Origin: an uncultured Chloroflexia bacterium
GTDB taxonomy: Bacteria > Chloroflexota > Limnocylindria > Limnocylindrales > CSP1-4
DNA: 64,000 bases
Direction: 5' to 3'
Assembly (NCBI GenBank): GCA_963743815.1
Contig: CAVURB010000010.1
Coordinates: 134,099 to 198,098, forward strand
The translations under genes and the position numbers were made by a program. This document shows positions 49,877 to 61,261 of this stretch, piece by piece. Below the pieces are notes generated by a model that saw only the letters and a program-made list of their open reading frames with translations, had not been told where the DNA came from and did no database searches. How positions within the stretch are numbered: the stretch's first letter is position 1; every line of letters starts with the position of its first letter.

Positions 49877-50748
49877 CCACCATGACGGGGCCGACGACGA
49901 GCACCCTCGAGGCCCAGGGTGCCACGATCACCTACGACATCCGATCGAGCGACTCGGCGGCGCCACCGCTGTTCCTGATCGGCTCGCCGATGGGCGCCGG
50001 CGGATTCGGGACGCTCGCGTCGCACTTCCCCGATCGCACCGTCGTGACCTACGACCCACGGGGCGTCGAGCGCAGCGTCAAGGCCGATCCGGCCGGCCTG
50101 TCCACGCCCCAGGAGCATGCCGATGACCTGCATCGGGTCATCGAAGCCCTCGGCGCGGGACCGGTGGACATGTTCGCGAGCAGCGGCGGCGCGGTGAATG
50201 CCCTCGCGCTCGTCGCCGCCTACCCCACGGACGTGCGGATGCTGGTCGCACACGAGCCACCGCTGGCATCGATCCTGCCCGACCGGGATGGCGCGATGGC
50301 GCTCACCCAGGCGATCCACGACACGTACCAGCGCGATGGGTTCGGTGCCGGCATGGCCCAGTTCATCGTCGCCGTGAGCCACCAGGGGCCGATCACCACC
50401 GAGCTCGCGGCCCAACCTGCGCCCGATCCGGCCATGTTCGGGATGCCGGCAGGGGACGACGGAGATCGTACGGACCCGCTGCTGGGGCAGAACATCGTCT
50501 CATGCACCCACTTCGAGCCCGACTTCGAGGCGCTGCGCGCGGCTCCGACGCGGATCGTCATGGCCGCCGGCGTGGAATCGACCGGTCAGATGGCGCACCG
50601 CGGTGCGGACGCTGCGGCCGAGCGCCTCGGCACGACGGCCCTCCGCTTCCCCAGCGACCACGGAGGGTTCCTCGGCGGCGAGTATGGCCAGGCCGGCGAT
50701 CCGGACGCGTTCGCGGCGAAGCTGCGCGAGGTCCTTGCCGAAGCGTGA
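49873..50748 (+). CDS. Alpha/beta hydrolase
   Basis: ATGA overlap with upstream gene; FASSGG nucleophile elbow. Confidence 0.7.
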   Translation: MTTMTGPTTSTLEAQGATITYDIRSSDSAAPPLFLIGSPMGAGGFGTLASHFPDRTVVTYDPRGVERSVKADPAGLSTPQEHADDLHRVIEALGAGPVDMFASSGGAVNALALVAAYPTDVRMLVAHEPPLASILPDRDGAMALTQAIHDTYQRDGFGAGMAQFIVAVSHQGPITTELAAQPAPDPAMFGMPAGDDGDRTDPLLGQNIVSCTHFEPDFEALRAAPTRIVMAAGVESTGQMAHRGADAAAERLGTTALRFPSDHGGFLGGEYGQAGDPDAFAAKLREVLAEA

Positions 50749-50954
50749 CCGATCAACCGGACGAGAGCGAGTTCACCCCACGCATCGGCAACGTCGCGCG
50801 TCGGGAGCTCGCTCTTCAGGGCTACACCCGGTACGAGCAGCTGACCCGCGTCACCGCGAAGGCGCTGCTGGACATCCACGGCGTCGGCCCCAAGGCCGTC
50901 CGGATCCTGGCGGAGGAACTGGCCGCTCGCGGCCTCGCCTTCGCTCTTGACTAG
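50745..50954 (+). CDS. Small helix-hairpin-helix DNA-binding-like protein (69 aa)
   Basis: GTGA overlap with hydrolase stop; …LLDIHGVGPKAVRILAEELAARGL… HhH motif. Confidence 0.45.
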   Translation: MTDQPDESEFTPRIGNVARRELALQGYTRYEQLTRVTAKALLDIHGVGPKAVRILAEELAARGLAFALD

Positions 50955-51073
50955 GTGTCACGCACCGCGGATCTGCGGCCATCGGCTATGGTGTCGACCA
51001 TGCAGTCTGCCCCGAGTCAGACGGTGGATCCGTTCGCCGACCCGACCCGGTTCACCCGGCCATCGAGCGGCCA

Positions 51074-51505
51074 GTGACCGCCCGGTCGGCGCGCAACCTG
51101 CTGCCACTCGTACTCGCCTATCTGCCCGTGCCGATCGCCGGCGCGATCCTCTCTGCGCGATGGAGGGTCGGTGCCTCGCCCGACGGCGGCCCGCGCGACA
51201 TGTTCCTTCGCGGGACCGCGTTGACCCCACCGCTCTTCCTCCCGGCGGCCCTCGTGGTTGCCGCGGCCGTCGCGCCGCGCGAGTCGACGGCTGGGCGCAT
51301 CGGCGCCGGCGTCGTATCGATCATCGCGGGATTGTTCGCGGCCGGCAGTACCGCGAACCTCCCCAATGACTTCAGAGCGGCCGAGGCGGCGGGCACGCCA
51401 CCGCAGCTGACCGCGGGCCTCGCCGCGGTGCATCTCGCGCTCGCCGTGGCGCTCCTGGCCAACGCGCTGCCGCGCCTGCGGGCTCGCGACGGGCGGACAG
51501 GCTAG
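51074..51505 (+). CDS. Hypothetical membrane protein
   Basis: 143 aa with four hydrophobic segments. Confidence 0.4.
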   Translation: MTARSARNLLPLVLAYLPVPIAGAILSARWRVGASPDGGPRDMFLRGTALTPPLFLPAALVVAAAVAPRESTAGRIGAGVVSIIAGLFAAGSTANLPNDFRAAEAAGTPPQLTAGLAAVHLALAVALLANALPRLRARDGRTG

Positions 51506-51514
51506 GTCCGCGCG

Positions 51515-52006
51515 ATGGTCGAGTGGCAGGATCTCGCCGCCGAAGCCCCGCACATCGCCGAGATCTTCGTCCGCCGGCACGCAGCCACGGGAAATCTGTG
51601 CCTGCTCGCCACGCTCCGCTCCGATGGCTACCCGCGGATCAGCCCGATCGAGCCGCGGATCTTCGAGGGGACGCTGGTCCTCGTCGGCATGCCAGGAACG
51701 TACAAGTTCCAGGATCTGGCCCGCGATCCGCGGTTCAACCTCCACACGGCCACCGTGGACACGCAGGTGGGCGACGGCGATGCCAAGGTCTGGGGTCTCG
51801 CCCGGAACGTGCAGGACCCGGGGTTGCATGCGCGATTTGCCGACGACCTTTACCAGGGATCCGGGTTTGACCTTCGGGGACAGGCGTTCGATCCCTTCTT
51901 CGTCGGGGATCTGACCGGGGCGTCCTCGTTGGAACTCGTGGATGGCCGGTTGCGGATCACGATCTGGAGGCCCGGCGAGGGCGAGCGGATCGTCGAGAAG
52001 ACCTGA
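51515..52006 (+). CDS. Pyridoxamine 5'-phosphate oxidase family protein (FMN/F420-binding split barrel)
   Basis: 163 aa; PNPOx-like pattern (…LATLRSDGYPRISPI…). Confidence 0.65.
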   Translation: MVEWQDLAAEAPHIAEIFVRRHAATGNLCLLATLRSDGYPRISPIEPRIFEGTLVLVGMPGTYKFQDLARDPRFNLHTATVDTQVGDGDAKVWGLARNVQDPGLHARFADDLYQGSGFDLRGQAFDPFFVGDLTGASSLELVDGRLRITIWRPGEGERIVEKT

Positions 52007-52013
52007 CGCCCGA

Positions 52014-52595
52014 TCAGCCCGGGACAGGCGCCGGAACCAGCTGCGCGGCGATCTCGCGTGCCCAGGCCTCGATGGCCTCCCAGTCCCGGAAGTCGCCCGG
52101 GGGCAGGATCCCCTTCGACATGGGCATCATCCGGACCAATCGCTCGGCGACGGTGCGGGGCGGATCGTCGGGGTCGAACGCCCCGGTGAAGACGCGATGG
52201 TCGCGCGGATGCGTGATCGCGCTGAGCTCCTCGATCTTCTTCCGGCCACCGCTACCGGGGCCGTCAGCCGGCCCGAGCGCGTCCTCCAGTGGACCGCCGA
52301 CGGTCTTCTTGGCGGTGGAGCCGAGCAATGGCCCACTGCTGAAGAGCCAAAACGGTCGCGTCGCGAGGGTCGACGCGTTGCGCTCGATGAAGTCGACCGC
52401 TTCCCTGAGCCAGCTTCCCATGTAGACACCACTGCCGACCACGACCGCGTCGGCGCGCGCGACGTCCACCGTGATGCCATTCGCGTCCGCGACGTCCGCC
52501 TCGAGCCCTTCCGTTCGCAGCACTTCGCCGATCCGCTCGGCGATCCCACGCGTTCCGCCGTGTCGGCTGCCGTAGACGACGAGCACCCTAGCCAT
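52014..52595 (-). CDS. Flavodoxin-like fold family protein
   Basis: MARVLVVYGSRHGGTRGIAE… flavodoxin N-terminal phosphate-binding loop. Confidence 0.7.
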   Translation of the reverse strand: MARVLVVYGSRHGGTRGIAERIGEVLRTEGLEADVADANGITVDVARADAVVVGSGVYMGSWLREAVDFIERNASTLATRPFWLFSSGPLLGSTAKKTVGGPLEDALGPADGPGSGGRKKIEELSAITHPRDHRVFTGAFDPDDPPRTVAERLVRMMPMSKGILPPGDFRDWEAIEAWAREIAAQLVPAPVPG

Positions 52596-52780
52596 GACAG
52601 CGCCTCCTGGCCGGGCCGCTCGCTTGTTCGGGGTCCGGCATCGTGCGCCAGTACAACGCGTCTGACCGGCGACCGGAAGGGTCGGACGGCCCGACCCCGG
52701 GAGCCGTTCGGCTTGCCGTCCGCCGATGCGCTCGCCACGTAGGGATCCGGACGAGGGTCCGCGCCCGGATATGGATCGAG

Positions 52781-52806
52781 GCCCCGTCATGCGACGGGGC
52801 CTCGAG
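52781..52806 (-). terminator. Perfect 11-bp stem hairpin GAGGCCCCGTC-atgc-GACGGGGCCTC
   Basis: Sits immediately downstream (on the minus strand) of the sigma/anti-sigma-like gene pair. Confidence 0.55.
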
Positions 52807-52830
52807 CGTGGGCCGTCTCGGAACGGCGGG

Positions 52831-53469
52831 TCAGCTGGCGAAGGCGGCAGCCCAATCCGATGCGGTGTCAGCGTCGTAGTCGAGCGTGTAGCCGCACGCA
52901 CCGATCGTGCCGCCGTTGGCCGTCACCAGGTACCGGCCTCCCACCTCGAAGTCCGGGATCGGGCCGGAGATGGCGATATCCACGACCGGTGCAGTCAGCG
53001 TGATGCTGCCCTCGGCACCCTTCCAGCCCTCGTTGACATCGAAGGTGATCTGGTCGCCATCCACGGCGGTGACGGTGCCATCGAAGGCGACCTCGTTGTT
53101 CGGCACGTTCGCCGCCTCGTAGATGAGGCACGAGGCGACGCCACCGCCACCGGCGGCCGGGTTCTCGGTCGGGCTGGGCGCGACGCCCACCGGTCCCGGG
53201 TCTCTCGTCCCGAGCCCGCCGGCACCGAACGCGACGGCGAGGGCGACGACGCCGATGAGGGCCAGGCCGCCGAACAGGGCGAGCGGGCCGCGGGTGGGCC
53301 GGACGGTGGGATCGAACTGCTTGTCGGACATGATGTGCTCCTGGGTCCTCACCGTCACGCGGGCGAGACTCGCGTCGGGCAGGTCGTCCACACGGGCGGG
53401 ATCGGCAGCGCGGAGGCGGTCGATCGGATCGGAACCGGTCGGCAGGCTCACTTCACTACTCCTTTCCAT
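52831..53469 (-). CDS. Membrane protein downstream of the ECF sigma factor (anti-sigma candidate)
   Basis: Single TM (LALFGGLALIGVVALAVAF), Pro/Gly-rich linker, C-terminal beta-rich domain; overlaps the sigma gene 3' end. Confidence 0.45.
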   Translation of the reverse strand: MERSSEVSLPTGSDPIDRLRAADPARVDDLPDASLARVTVRTQEHIMSDKQFDPTVRPTRGPLALFGGLALIGVVALAVAFGAGGLGTRDPGPVGVAPSPTENPAAGGGGVASCLIYEAANVPNNEVAFDGTVTAVDGDQITFDVNEGWKGAEGSITLTAPVVDIAISGPIPDFEVGGRYLVTANGGTIGACGYTLDYDADTASDWAAAFAS

Positions 53470-54039
53470 GCGGCACCATTCGTGCCCTTCACATCAGTCG
53501 ATGTCCGGCTTGGGTCTGGATATTTCAGGTCATCCCCTCCAAGATCCGCGAGCGCCGCCGCAAAGCGTGCGCGGGCGCGATGCAGTCGGATAGCGACCGC
53601 GTTGGCCGTGATGCCGAGGACCGTCGCGATCTGCTGGTTCCCGAGCTCCTCCCAGGCGACGAGTCGCAGGACCTCCTGGTCCGCTGTCGATAGTCGGGCG
53701 AGGGCCACGAACGCCGGTCCGTCCCGGTCGTCCCCCGTCGGGATCGGTGTCGCGACGTCGTCCACGCGGAGGAGCGCGGCGAGGCGCTCCCGCCGGCTCA
53801 GCCCACGCCGATGGTTGGCGAGGACGCGGCGAGCGACGGCGTACAGCCACGGGAGCGGTTCCGCGGCCGGGATCGACATCGAGCTTGCGCCAGGCGATCG
53901 TGAACGTCTCCGCTGCGACGTCCTCCGCATCCGCAGGCGTCGCTGTTCGGCGCATCGCATACGCCAGCACGGGCCGCTGGTACTCCGTGAAGATCGCGTC
54001 GAAGCGGGCGAGGGGTGCGGGGTGCGTGGGGACGGTCAC
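53448..54039 (-). CDS. ECF-type RNA polymerase sigma factor (apparent frameshift)
   Basis: Region 2 (AEDVAAETFTIAWRK) and region 4 (LSTADQEVLRLVAWEELGNQQIATVLGITANAVAIRLHRAR) in two frames. Confidence 0.7.
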
Positions 54040-54100
54040 CGTCCCCGGACGACCTCGGGCGTCACGTGGTTCCCCGATGGGGCCCGGGCGACCGGGGGAC

Positions 54101-55361
54101 TCATGCGGCGCCACCAAGCTCGTCCACGATGCGCTCGACCGCGGCCGCCGACTCGTTCGCGGCGGCAAGCAGCAGGCCGGATTTGCGGTCGGTGAGCCAC
54201 CGAAGCCCGAGGAAATGGACCCCAGGGACGCGCGCTGCACCTCGGTCGTGGACGGGAACCCCCGCGTCATCCAGGACGGGCACGTGGAGATAGTCGAAAC
54301 CCGGCGTGAACCCGGTCGCCCAGATGACCGTCGAGACTCCGGCGACGTCGAGGTCGAGGACGTCGGGACCCTTGACCGACAGTGGATCGGGGTGTGGGGC
54401 ATCGGCAGGATCGACCTCGAGCGGCAGCGGCGTGGCGCCGCTCTCCAGGATCCGGCGCTCGATGAGGGCGTTGAGTTCGGCCGAGACGCGGTCGCCGAAC
54501 GCGATGTTGCGACCCAGCGAGTCGTCGAGCGCGATCCGGTCGCCGTCCACGGCCACCGGACGGCCCAGCAAGGTGACCCCCAGGTCTGCGAGCGACTGGA
54601 GGCCCACGGTGTGACCCAGGCGCCCGACCCCCGAGATCTGCGGGATCGGCATCGCCATCATCCGCGGATCCGGGAGTCGGTCGGGGGTCACGTCGTAGAA
54701 GCCGTTCTCGGTGAGCCATTCGAGTGAGTCCCGGCCGCGCTGTCGCCGCCGCAGGCGCCCGGCCGCGCTCGTACAGAGGAAGACCCGTCGGCCCCCGGCG
54801 ATGAGATCCTCGGCGATCTGGACACCGGACTGGGCACTCCCGACGACCAGGACGGCGCCGTCGGGCAGCGACGCCGGCGAACGGTACGCCGCCGAATGCA
54901 GCTGCCGGACGGACGAGGGAAGCTCCTCCGCGAGGCTCGGCAGCCGCGGCCTCCCCTGCCCGCCCGATGCGACGACGACATGGCGAGCCGTCAGTGATCC
55001 GACCTCTGAGGCCCCCGTGGTGACGCGGAAGGTGTGTGGGAGAGCGTCCGCCTCGACGGCGGTGACAGGCGCCGACGTCCGGACCGGCAGTCGATGGAGA
55101 TCGACATAGGCGTCGAATCGGGCGACGAGCTCGTCACGAGTGAGAAAGGCGTCCCGTGGCTCGATCGGATCGGCCTCGCCGGGCAGTCAATTCATCCAGT
55201 TGGGCGTGTTGAGAGCGAACGAGTCCCAACGCTCGGATCGCCAGGTCTCTCCGATGCGTCCCCGTTCCAGGACGACGTGCTCGATCCCGCGATGCGACAG
55301 GTGCCAGCTGGCGGCCAGGCCGGCCTGGCCGCCGCCGATGACCACGACATCGATCACGACG
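54101..55361 (-). CDS. FAD/NAD(P)-binding oxidoreductase (flavin monooxygenase-like), apparent frameshifts
   Basis: [20 protein letters not shown] dinucleotide-binding motif; C-terminal …IWATGF… motif. Confidence 0.65.
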
Positions 55362-56060
55362 GTGTCGCTCCACCGATGACGATCGACTCGAGAACGGGTT
55401 CGGCGACCGAGAGTGTGCGATCCCACTCGGCCACGGAGCCTCCAACGAGGATGGCGAGCAGGCCGTCGGCGGTGTCGAAGAACGAGATCCAGAGGCGCCG
55501 GCCGGGGTCGAAGGCAAGCGTTCCCGGCGCGACCGACATCACGGGCGACGTGGTCGAGCCCGTGTTCTCGATCTCGAGCGTGAACCCGTCGCGACCGCCG
55601 AGTCGCGAGCCGCTCTCTCCGAGGACATCGAGCCCCGGGTTCTGCTTGACCGCGGCGACGGCGTCAAGGGCCGTGGCCGCAGGGATCATCGCCCCGTCCG
55701 CGCCGACGACCGCGTTGACCAGGGCGAACTGGACGGCGATCACATCAGGGGTGCCTGGGTCTTGCTGGACGTCGAAGAACCCGTCCGTGATCGTGCCGCC
55801 GACCCAGCCGTCATCGATCGTGAAGGTGATGGCCGGCGCGAAGCCGACTCGTGTGTAGGTCCCGGCGGGCAGCGCTCCGGCCGCGATCTCGCGAGGCCCA
55901 GACGCTACCGATGGTGATGCACTGGGCGCCGCCGAAGCGACGGCCGTCGACGAGGGCGTTGTGGCCGCGGACGGGGCGGGTGCGGGCACACAGCCCACCA
56001 CCAGGATGCAGGCAGCGATGCCGGCGGATCGGCCGATCGACTGCCGGTGCGTCGCCACCA
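55354..56060 (-). CDS. Lipoprotein, hypothetical
   Basis: [13 protein letters not shown] lipobox followed by Ala/Ser/Pro linker and a beta-rich domain; start approximate. Confidence 0.45.
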
Positions 56061-56065
56061 CGACG

Positions 56066-57055
56066 CTATCCCGCCGGGATGACGAGGACCTTGCCCTTGG
56101 CCCGACCCTCGTCGACGTAGACGGAGGGCATCGACGACCTCCGCGAGCGGGTACCGCCGATCGATGACCGGGCGGAGCATGCCCGGCGGCATGGAGTTCG
56201 CCGAGTGTCGCGACGTCCGTCGGGAGGAACGGCTTCCACCACAGCATCAGACCCATCGACTTGCCGGTCGCGAGCGACGCCACGGGCCCCACGATCAGCG
56301 ATTGGACGAGACTGCGGGGTGCTGCCGCCGAGCGTGACGTAGACACCCTTCGGTCGCAGCGCGCGCCGGATGGCGAGGATCGAGTGGTGCGATTCGGCCG
56401 CAAGGATCCAGTCGTAGCGCTCGCCGGTCGTCGTGTAGTCGGTCGTCGTGTAGTCGATCACGTGGTCAGCGCCAAGCGACGCGAACGAGGTCCATCTTGC
56501 CGGTGCTGCAGACCCCGGTCACCTCGGCGCCGAGGTGCTTCGCGATCTGGACGGCGAACGGCCCGACATTGCCCGACGCACCATCGATGAGGACCCGGTC
56601 GCCGGGACCTGGCGTGCGGCCGTCACGGCGGCGCAGTCCCTGGATGGCGAGGATCGCCGAGTGCGGCATCGTGGCGGCGTCCTCGAAGGACATCCCGTCC
56701 GGGATCATCGCGAACACCGAATCGGGCGCGGCCACTGCTTCCGCGAAGCTTCCCGAACCGGTCGGGTAGAGATCGGCGAAGACCCGATCGCCGGGCTGGA
56801 ACCGCGTGACACCGGGACCGATCGCCTTGACGACACCGGCGACATCGCACCCGACGCGACCGTTCCGAGGCGCGCGCACACCGAGGAACAGGCGGAGGAA
56901 ACCGGGTTTCGGGCAGGATGAGGTCCAGGTCGGCACGATTGACCGACGCGGCCTCCACGCGGACGACGAGCTGACCCTGGGTGGGCACGGGTTCGTCCAC
57001 ATCGCGCACCTGGACGACGTCGGGCGACCCGTACCGGTCACGAACGGCCGCTTTC
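56066..57055 (-). CDS. Zinc-binding alcohol dehydrogenase / quinone oxidoreductase (MDR family), apparent frameshifts
   Basis: N-terminal MKAAVRDRYGSPDVVQVRDV…, GASGNVGPFAVQIAK NAD(P)-binding motif; contains a 15-bp tandem duplication. Confidence 0.65.
56426..56455 (-). repeat. Perfect 15-bp tandem duplication (ggtcgtcgtgtagtc x2) encoding DYTTT-DYTTT
   Basis: Direct reading of the sequence inside the MDR gene. Confidence 0.8.
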
Positions 57056-57760
57056 ACCGCTCCTTCCCGTCCGCGGCGGACGCCTGGCCCGATTCCCCAT
57101 CCGCGCCCTTGGTCGCTCTGTAGGCGGCCAGGTCCTCCTTGGCCTTGCGGTCGAAGAACGGGATGAGGAAGGGCAGCATGAACAGACCGGCGACCAGGAG
57201 CGCCGCGAACGGGACGAGCCCCTGGATGCTCCTGGGGGAGCACGGCCTCGAGGACGCGCGCGCCCACGAAGTAGCCGATCGCGCCGGCCGGCAGCGCGAG
57301 GATGAGCAGGATCGTGGGCAGGGATCGCATCGCTACCGATCGTACCCCGCGCGCCGCGCGGATCAGCCAGGTGATACCGCCACGATGAGGCTGCAGGCAA
57401 GCATCACGATCGCGACCGGGACCCAGATGCGCCGCTCCCCCGCGCTCCGCGAGGCGGCGTTGAGGACCACGCTGACCGCCGAGAACGCCACCACGAGCCA
57501 GATGAGCGACGGCAGGCCCTCGAGCATCGGGACGATGATCAGGCCCGCGCTCGAAAGCACGATCAGGACGAGCAGGCCGAGGAGCGCCGCCATCCCGGCT
57601 GCGGCGACCCGCATCCGCGGCGGATATCGACCAGGGAACGCGCCACCCATCGCGTAGGCGCCCCACGGTGCGCCAACGGCAAGGGCGATCTGAAAGACGA
57701 TCACTCCCAGGGTGACGATCGAGAACACGAGTGCGGCGATGGTCGTCATCACACGTGATG
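57052..57760 (-). CDS. Hypothetical polytopic membrane protein
   Basis: Several TM helices (MTTIAALVFSIVTLGVIVFQIALAV…); stop overlaps the MDR GTG start. Confidence 0.5.
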
Positions 57761-57851
57761 ATGGCCGGTTCGAACCGACCACGCTGCGCCGCGGATCGAT
57801 GAGGATGCGACGGGGGCACGGGGTGCCGTCGGTCGGTGTAGGGTTGCCGAC

Positions 57852-58283
57852 GTGGTGCATCTCTCCGGCGAGGCTCTGGAACTCCTGGCTTCAGATGCTG
57901 TCGCGACCGTCGTGACCATCGGCACGGACGGAGCTCCGCACGTCAGCGTGGCCTGGATCGCTCTCGAGGAGAGCGAGATCGTGTTCGGCACTCTCGACGA
58001 CCAGCCCAAGCTCCGAAACCTGCGCCGCGATCCGCGGATCTCCCTGTCGATCCAATCCGATCGGATCAACGCGTGGGGTCTGCGCGAGTATCTCGTCATC
58101 CGTGGGTCCGCCCGGGTCACCGAAGGGGGTGCTCCCGAGTTGCTCCAGAGACTCGCCCATACGTATCTCGGGCCTGAGGTCGTGTTCCCCGCGATGGCAG
58201 ATCCACCCCCGGGGTTCGTGACGCGTGTGCGAATCGATCGCCTCTCGGGGATCGGAGACTGGCAGGCGACCGGGGCCGTCTGA
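57852..58283 (+). CDS. PPOX-class (pyridoxamine 5'-phosphate oxidase-like) probable F420-dependent enzyme
   Basis: 143 aa split-barrel pattern (…VATVVTIGTDGAPHVSVAWI…). Confidence 0.65.
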   Translation: MVHLSGEALELLASDAVATVVTIGTDGAPHVSVAWIALEESEIVFGTLDDQPKLRNLRRDPRISLSIQSDRINAWGLREYLVIRGSARVTEGGAPELLQRLAHTYLGPEVVFPAMADPPPGFVTRVRIDRLSGIGDWQATGAV

Positions 58284-58292
58284 GTCGCCGAC

Positions 58293-58963
58293 TCAGATCG
58301 GCGGCGCGACGATGACGTACCGGCCGTACCAGGCCTTGTCGTAATACGCGGGGATCGCGTCGAGCTCGCGGTAGGTGTTCAGCGGGCTGGCCTCGGCCGC
58401 GTAGAGCCGGTGACGTGACCCATACGGATCGCTGATCCAGACATTGATGAGCCGGAAGTCCCCGTCCTCGGGGTCGCTGCTCGCCTCGAATCCGGTCATC
58501 ACGACCGCGTGGCGGCCGTTCTGCACGAGCGAGCCCGACGGGCTTGCGCTCCTCGGCGATCACGCGAGCCGCGTGCTTCAGGGCGATGTACTCGAGTCGA
58601 GTAGGACTCCCAGCGGTACTCGAACGCGCCCCGACCTGCCTTGGTCGAGAAGTACGTCATCGCTCGTGCCCAACCCAGCGGATCGGAACCGCGCTGGACG
58701 CGGTCGTCGAGGGTGTCGCGGGTCTGCGCCCACTTGAGCATGTAGAGCTGGTTCAGGTTGAGGTCGCGCCGGGCGATGAAGTTGAGCATCATCGCGGTGC
58801 TGGCAGCGATGCACGTACGGGAATCGACTTGGCGCTCGTACCCGTCACGGAAGTACAGGTCTTCCACGTGAAGCGCCGCAGCGGCCGGCGCGGGGGCACT
58901 CGAAAGCAGGCCCACCGCCAATGCGAAGGCGACGAATCCCGGTAGCACGGCGCGTCTGGTCAT
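58293..58963 (-). CDS. Secreted peptidase C39-like domain protein (apparent frameshift)
   Basis: Signal peptide; Cys (…SRTCIAAS…) then downstream His, consistent with the C39_2-like fold. Confidence 0.45.
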
Positions 58964-59153
58964 CCCGGATCTCCCTCCCCCGGCGTTCGCATGGATCTCG
59001 GAAGTCTCGCATCGCCGGTGGTACGACGGGTGCCCGCGAGGGTCGCCTGACGTTGCGGGGACCTTACAGGAGGCGTCGCCGAGGGTGTGTGGCCCATCCG
59101 TCCCCCTCCGCCCGGGACCACCGTCATAGGACGTTCGTGCCAGAATCCGGCCC

Positions 59154-59598
59154 ATGCCACTCAACGGTGAGTACGCGCCCAGCACGGCGGAATGGGCCCG
59201 CAAGCAAGCGGAACGGTACGAGGCGTCCGATGGGGCCGTGTCCGGTGCGCTGCGTGGCCGCCCGATCATCGTGCTGACGTCGGTCGGCGCAACCACCGGG
59301 ATGCTGCGCAAGACCGCATTGATGCGCGTGGCACACGACGACGTGTACGCCGTCGTGGCGTCCCTTGGCGGCGCGGCGCGAAACCCGGTCTGGTACCACA
59401 ACCTCAAGGCCAACCCGCACTGCGAGCTCCAGGACGGTCCGAGCAGGCGGGACTACCTCGCCCGCGAGGTCAGCGGCGACGAGAAGGCCGTCTGGTGGGC
59501 ACGAGCGGTCGAGGCTTGGCCGGATTACGCGAAGTACCAGAGCCAAGACGCTTCGGGAGATCCCGGTCTTCGTCCTTGAGCCGCTCGAGGCGTCGTGA
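59154..59598 (+). CDS. Deazaflavin (F420H2)-dependent nitroreductase family protein (Ddn-like); 1-nt frameshift near 59545
   Basis: …[12 protein letters not shown]… and C-terminal …[13 protein letters not shown] in the adjacent frame. Confidence 0.7.
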
Positions 59599-59622
59599 CC
59601 GGGGCCCGCGGGTCGCTTGCCC

Positions 59623-60066
59623 TCAGCTGACCGCTTGCTTCACCAGTGCGCCGATACGCGCCTCATCGGCGGCGGTCAACTCGATCAGGCCGTAGGCGGT
59701 CGGCCACATGGTGCCGTCGTCGAGGTTCGCGTCATCGCTGAACCCGAGTGTCGCGTACCTGGACTTGAACTTCTGCGCAGCCTGGAAGAAGCAGATGACC
59801 TTGCCGTCCTTGGCATACGCGGGCATCCCGTACCACAGCCTTGAGGCAAGGTGCGGCGCCGCGGCCTTGACGATGGCATGCAGTCGCTCGGCCATGACCC
59901 GATCCGGACCGGACATCTCGGTGATCTTTTCGATCACGTCGCGCTCCCCGTCCGCTCCGCGGCGTGTGGCCTTCTGCTCCTTGGCACGCTCCTTCATCGC
60001 GGCCCGTTCATCGTCGGTGAACGTGGCGCTCGTGGCGCTCTTGCCGGTCTTTGGGGCGTCGCTCAT
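59623..60066 (-). CDS. DUF1801 (YdhG-like) domain protein
   Basis: 147 aa with conserved …[16 protein letters not shown]… pattern. Confidence 0.55.
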   Translation of the reverse strand: MSDAPKTGKSATSATFTDDERAAMKERAKEQKATRRGADGERDVIEKITEMSGPDRVMAERLHAIVKAAAPHLASRLWYGMPAYAKDGKVICFFQAAQKFKSRYATLGFSDDANLDDGTMWPTAYGLIELTAADEARIGALVKQAVS

Positions 60067-60555
60067 GGCGGATCTCCTGACATAGGGGTCCAGTCCGGGT
60101 GGACCCTCATCCTAGGGAACCGCCAGCGCCGCGGCCTCTCGAAAGCCGCGGCCACAGGAAACATGACCGATCCGTCGCTATCGGGCGGGTGATCCAGGCG
60201 GCACGGCGCCTCAGAAGGGCAACGACATCCCGGCTGGGTCGGACGTGAGGTCGAGGGAAGGACCTGCGGTCGCGATGCCGATGACGGCTGTCAGGGCCAG
60301 GATCACGGCGACCGAGATAGCCGCGATGAGGAGGACGCGGCCGACACCCGCGAACGTGGTCTGCGTCGGCTGATGGAGCGTCACGGTGCACCTCGCACGG
60401 GTCGCCTGGAACGGGCCGCCGGTGACGACGTGCGCCTTGGCGACCCGATCGAAGCACACGCCCCCATGTCGCCGGCGGCAGCGCCCCCTGGGACCGATGC
60501 TGCATCACCCTGGGCCATCCGCCAAGTGCCACCCGGCCGACGAAGCACGGGCCGT

Positions 60556-61237
60556 TCAGAGGTCCTCGGAGGCGTCGAGCCCCTGCAGGTCGACGCTGAT
60601 CGGGCGACCGAGGCCGTCGACCAGTCGCCAGCGAACGTCGAGGTCGTCGTCGCGGCCATCCACGAGAACCGCAGCGATGGCCGTCGGGGATGCCGCGGGT
60701 CCGAGCGCGAGGATCCTGCGGACGACGGCGAACGCCGCCGCTGCCGGTACGTGACCCACGACATCGCGCCGCGCGATCCCCTCGGCGTCGCGTGCGGACG
60801 CGGCAGAAAGCCGCTCCACCAGGCGACGGGCGCGCTTGCGCGCTGTCTGGATCGAGTTCGGTGATCCAGCGCGGCTCCTCGGACCTGGCTGACTTCGGTC
60901 TCGGTGGTCTCACCGACCTGGCAGGCGCCGCCGGCTTCGCCGTCGTGCTTCTGGCGGCACTTCGTGGCCGTCGATCCTCCCGGATCCGCTCTGCGCGCGC
61001 CGCGAGTGGCGACGTCACCGGCTCCGACGCGCGGGCCTCGGCGATGGCGTCCTTGGCGGCCCCAAGGCTACCGAATGGACCCCGAACGAGGGGGAGCCCA
61101 AGGTCGTCGACCTGCTCGGCGTCGACCACGACCCAGGTCCCCGACTGTGGCTCGATCGTGAACCGCGCATCGCGCGTCTGCCAACGCCCGCCGCCGAGTC
61201 GCTTGAGCGCTTCGTCCTTGTCCGCTGCGGCTGCCAT
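60556..61237 (-). CDS. Hypothetical protein (apparent frameshift; rest of the 376-aa ORF is a GC-frame artefact)
   Basis: Well-biased N-terminal ~110 aa (MAAAADKDEALKRLGGGRWQ…) continuing in a second frame to 60556. Confidence 0.35.
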
Positions 61238-61261
61238 GCGGGCACGATACCGCGTGAGCCC

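Noticed and set aside
60107-61237. 376-aa minus-strand ORF
   Set aside because: Only the N-terminal ~110 aa show coding-like composition. The remainder is Arg/Pro-rich out-of-frame translation, and a frame hop to 60556-60819 gives a more plausible C-terminus.
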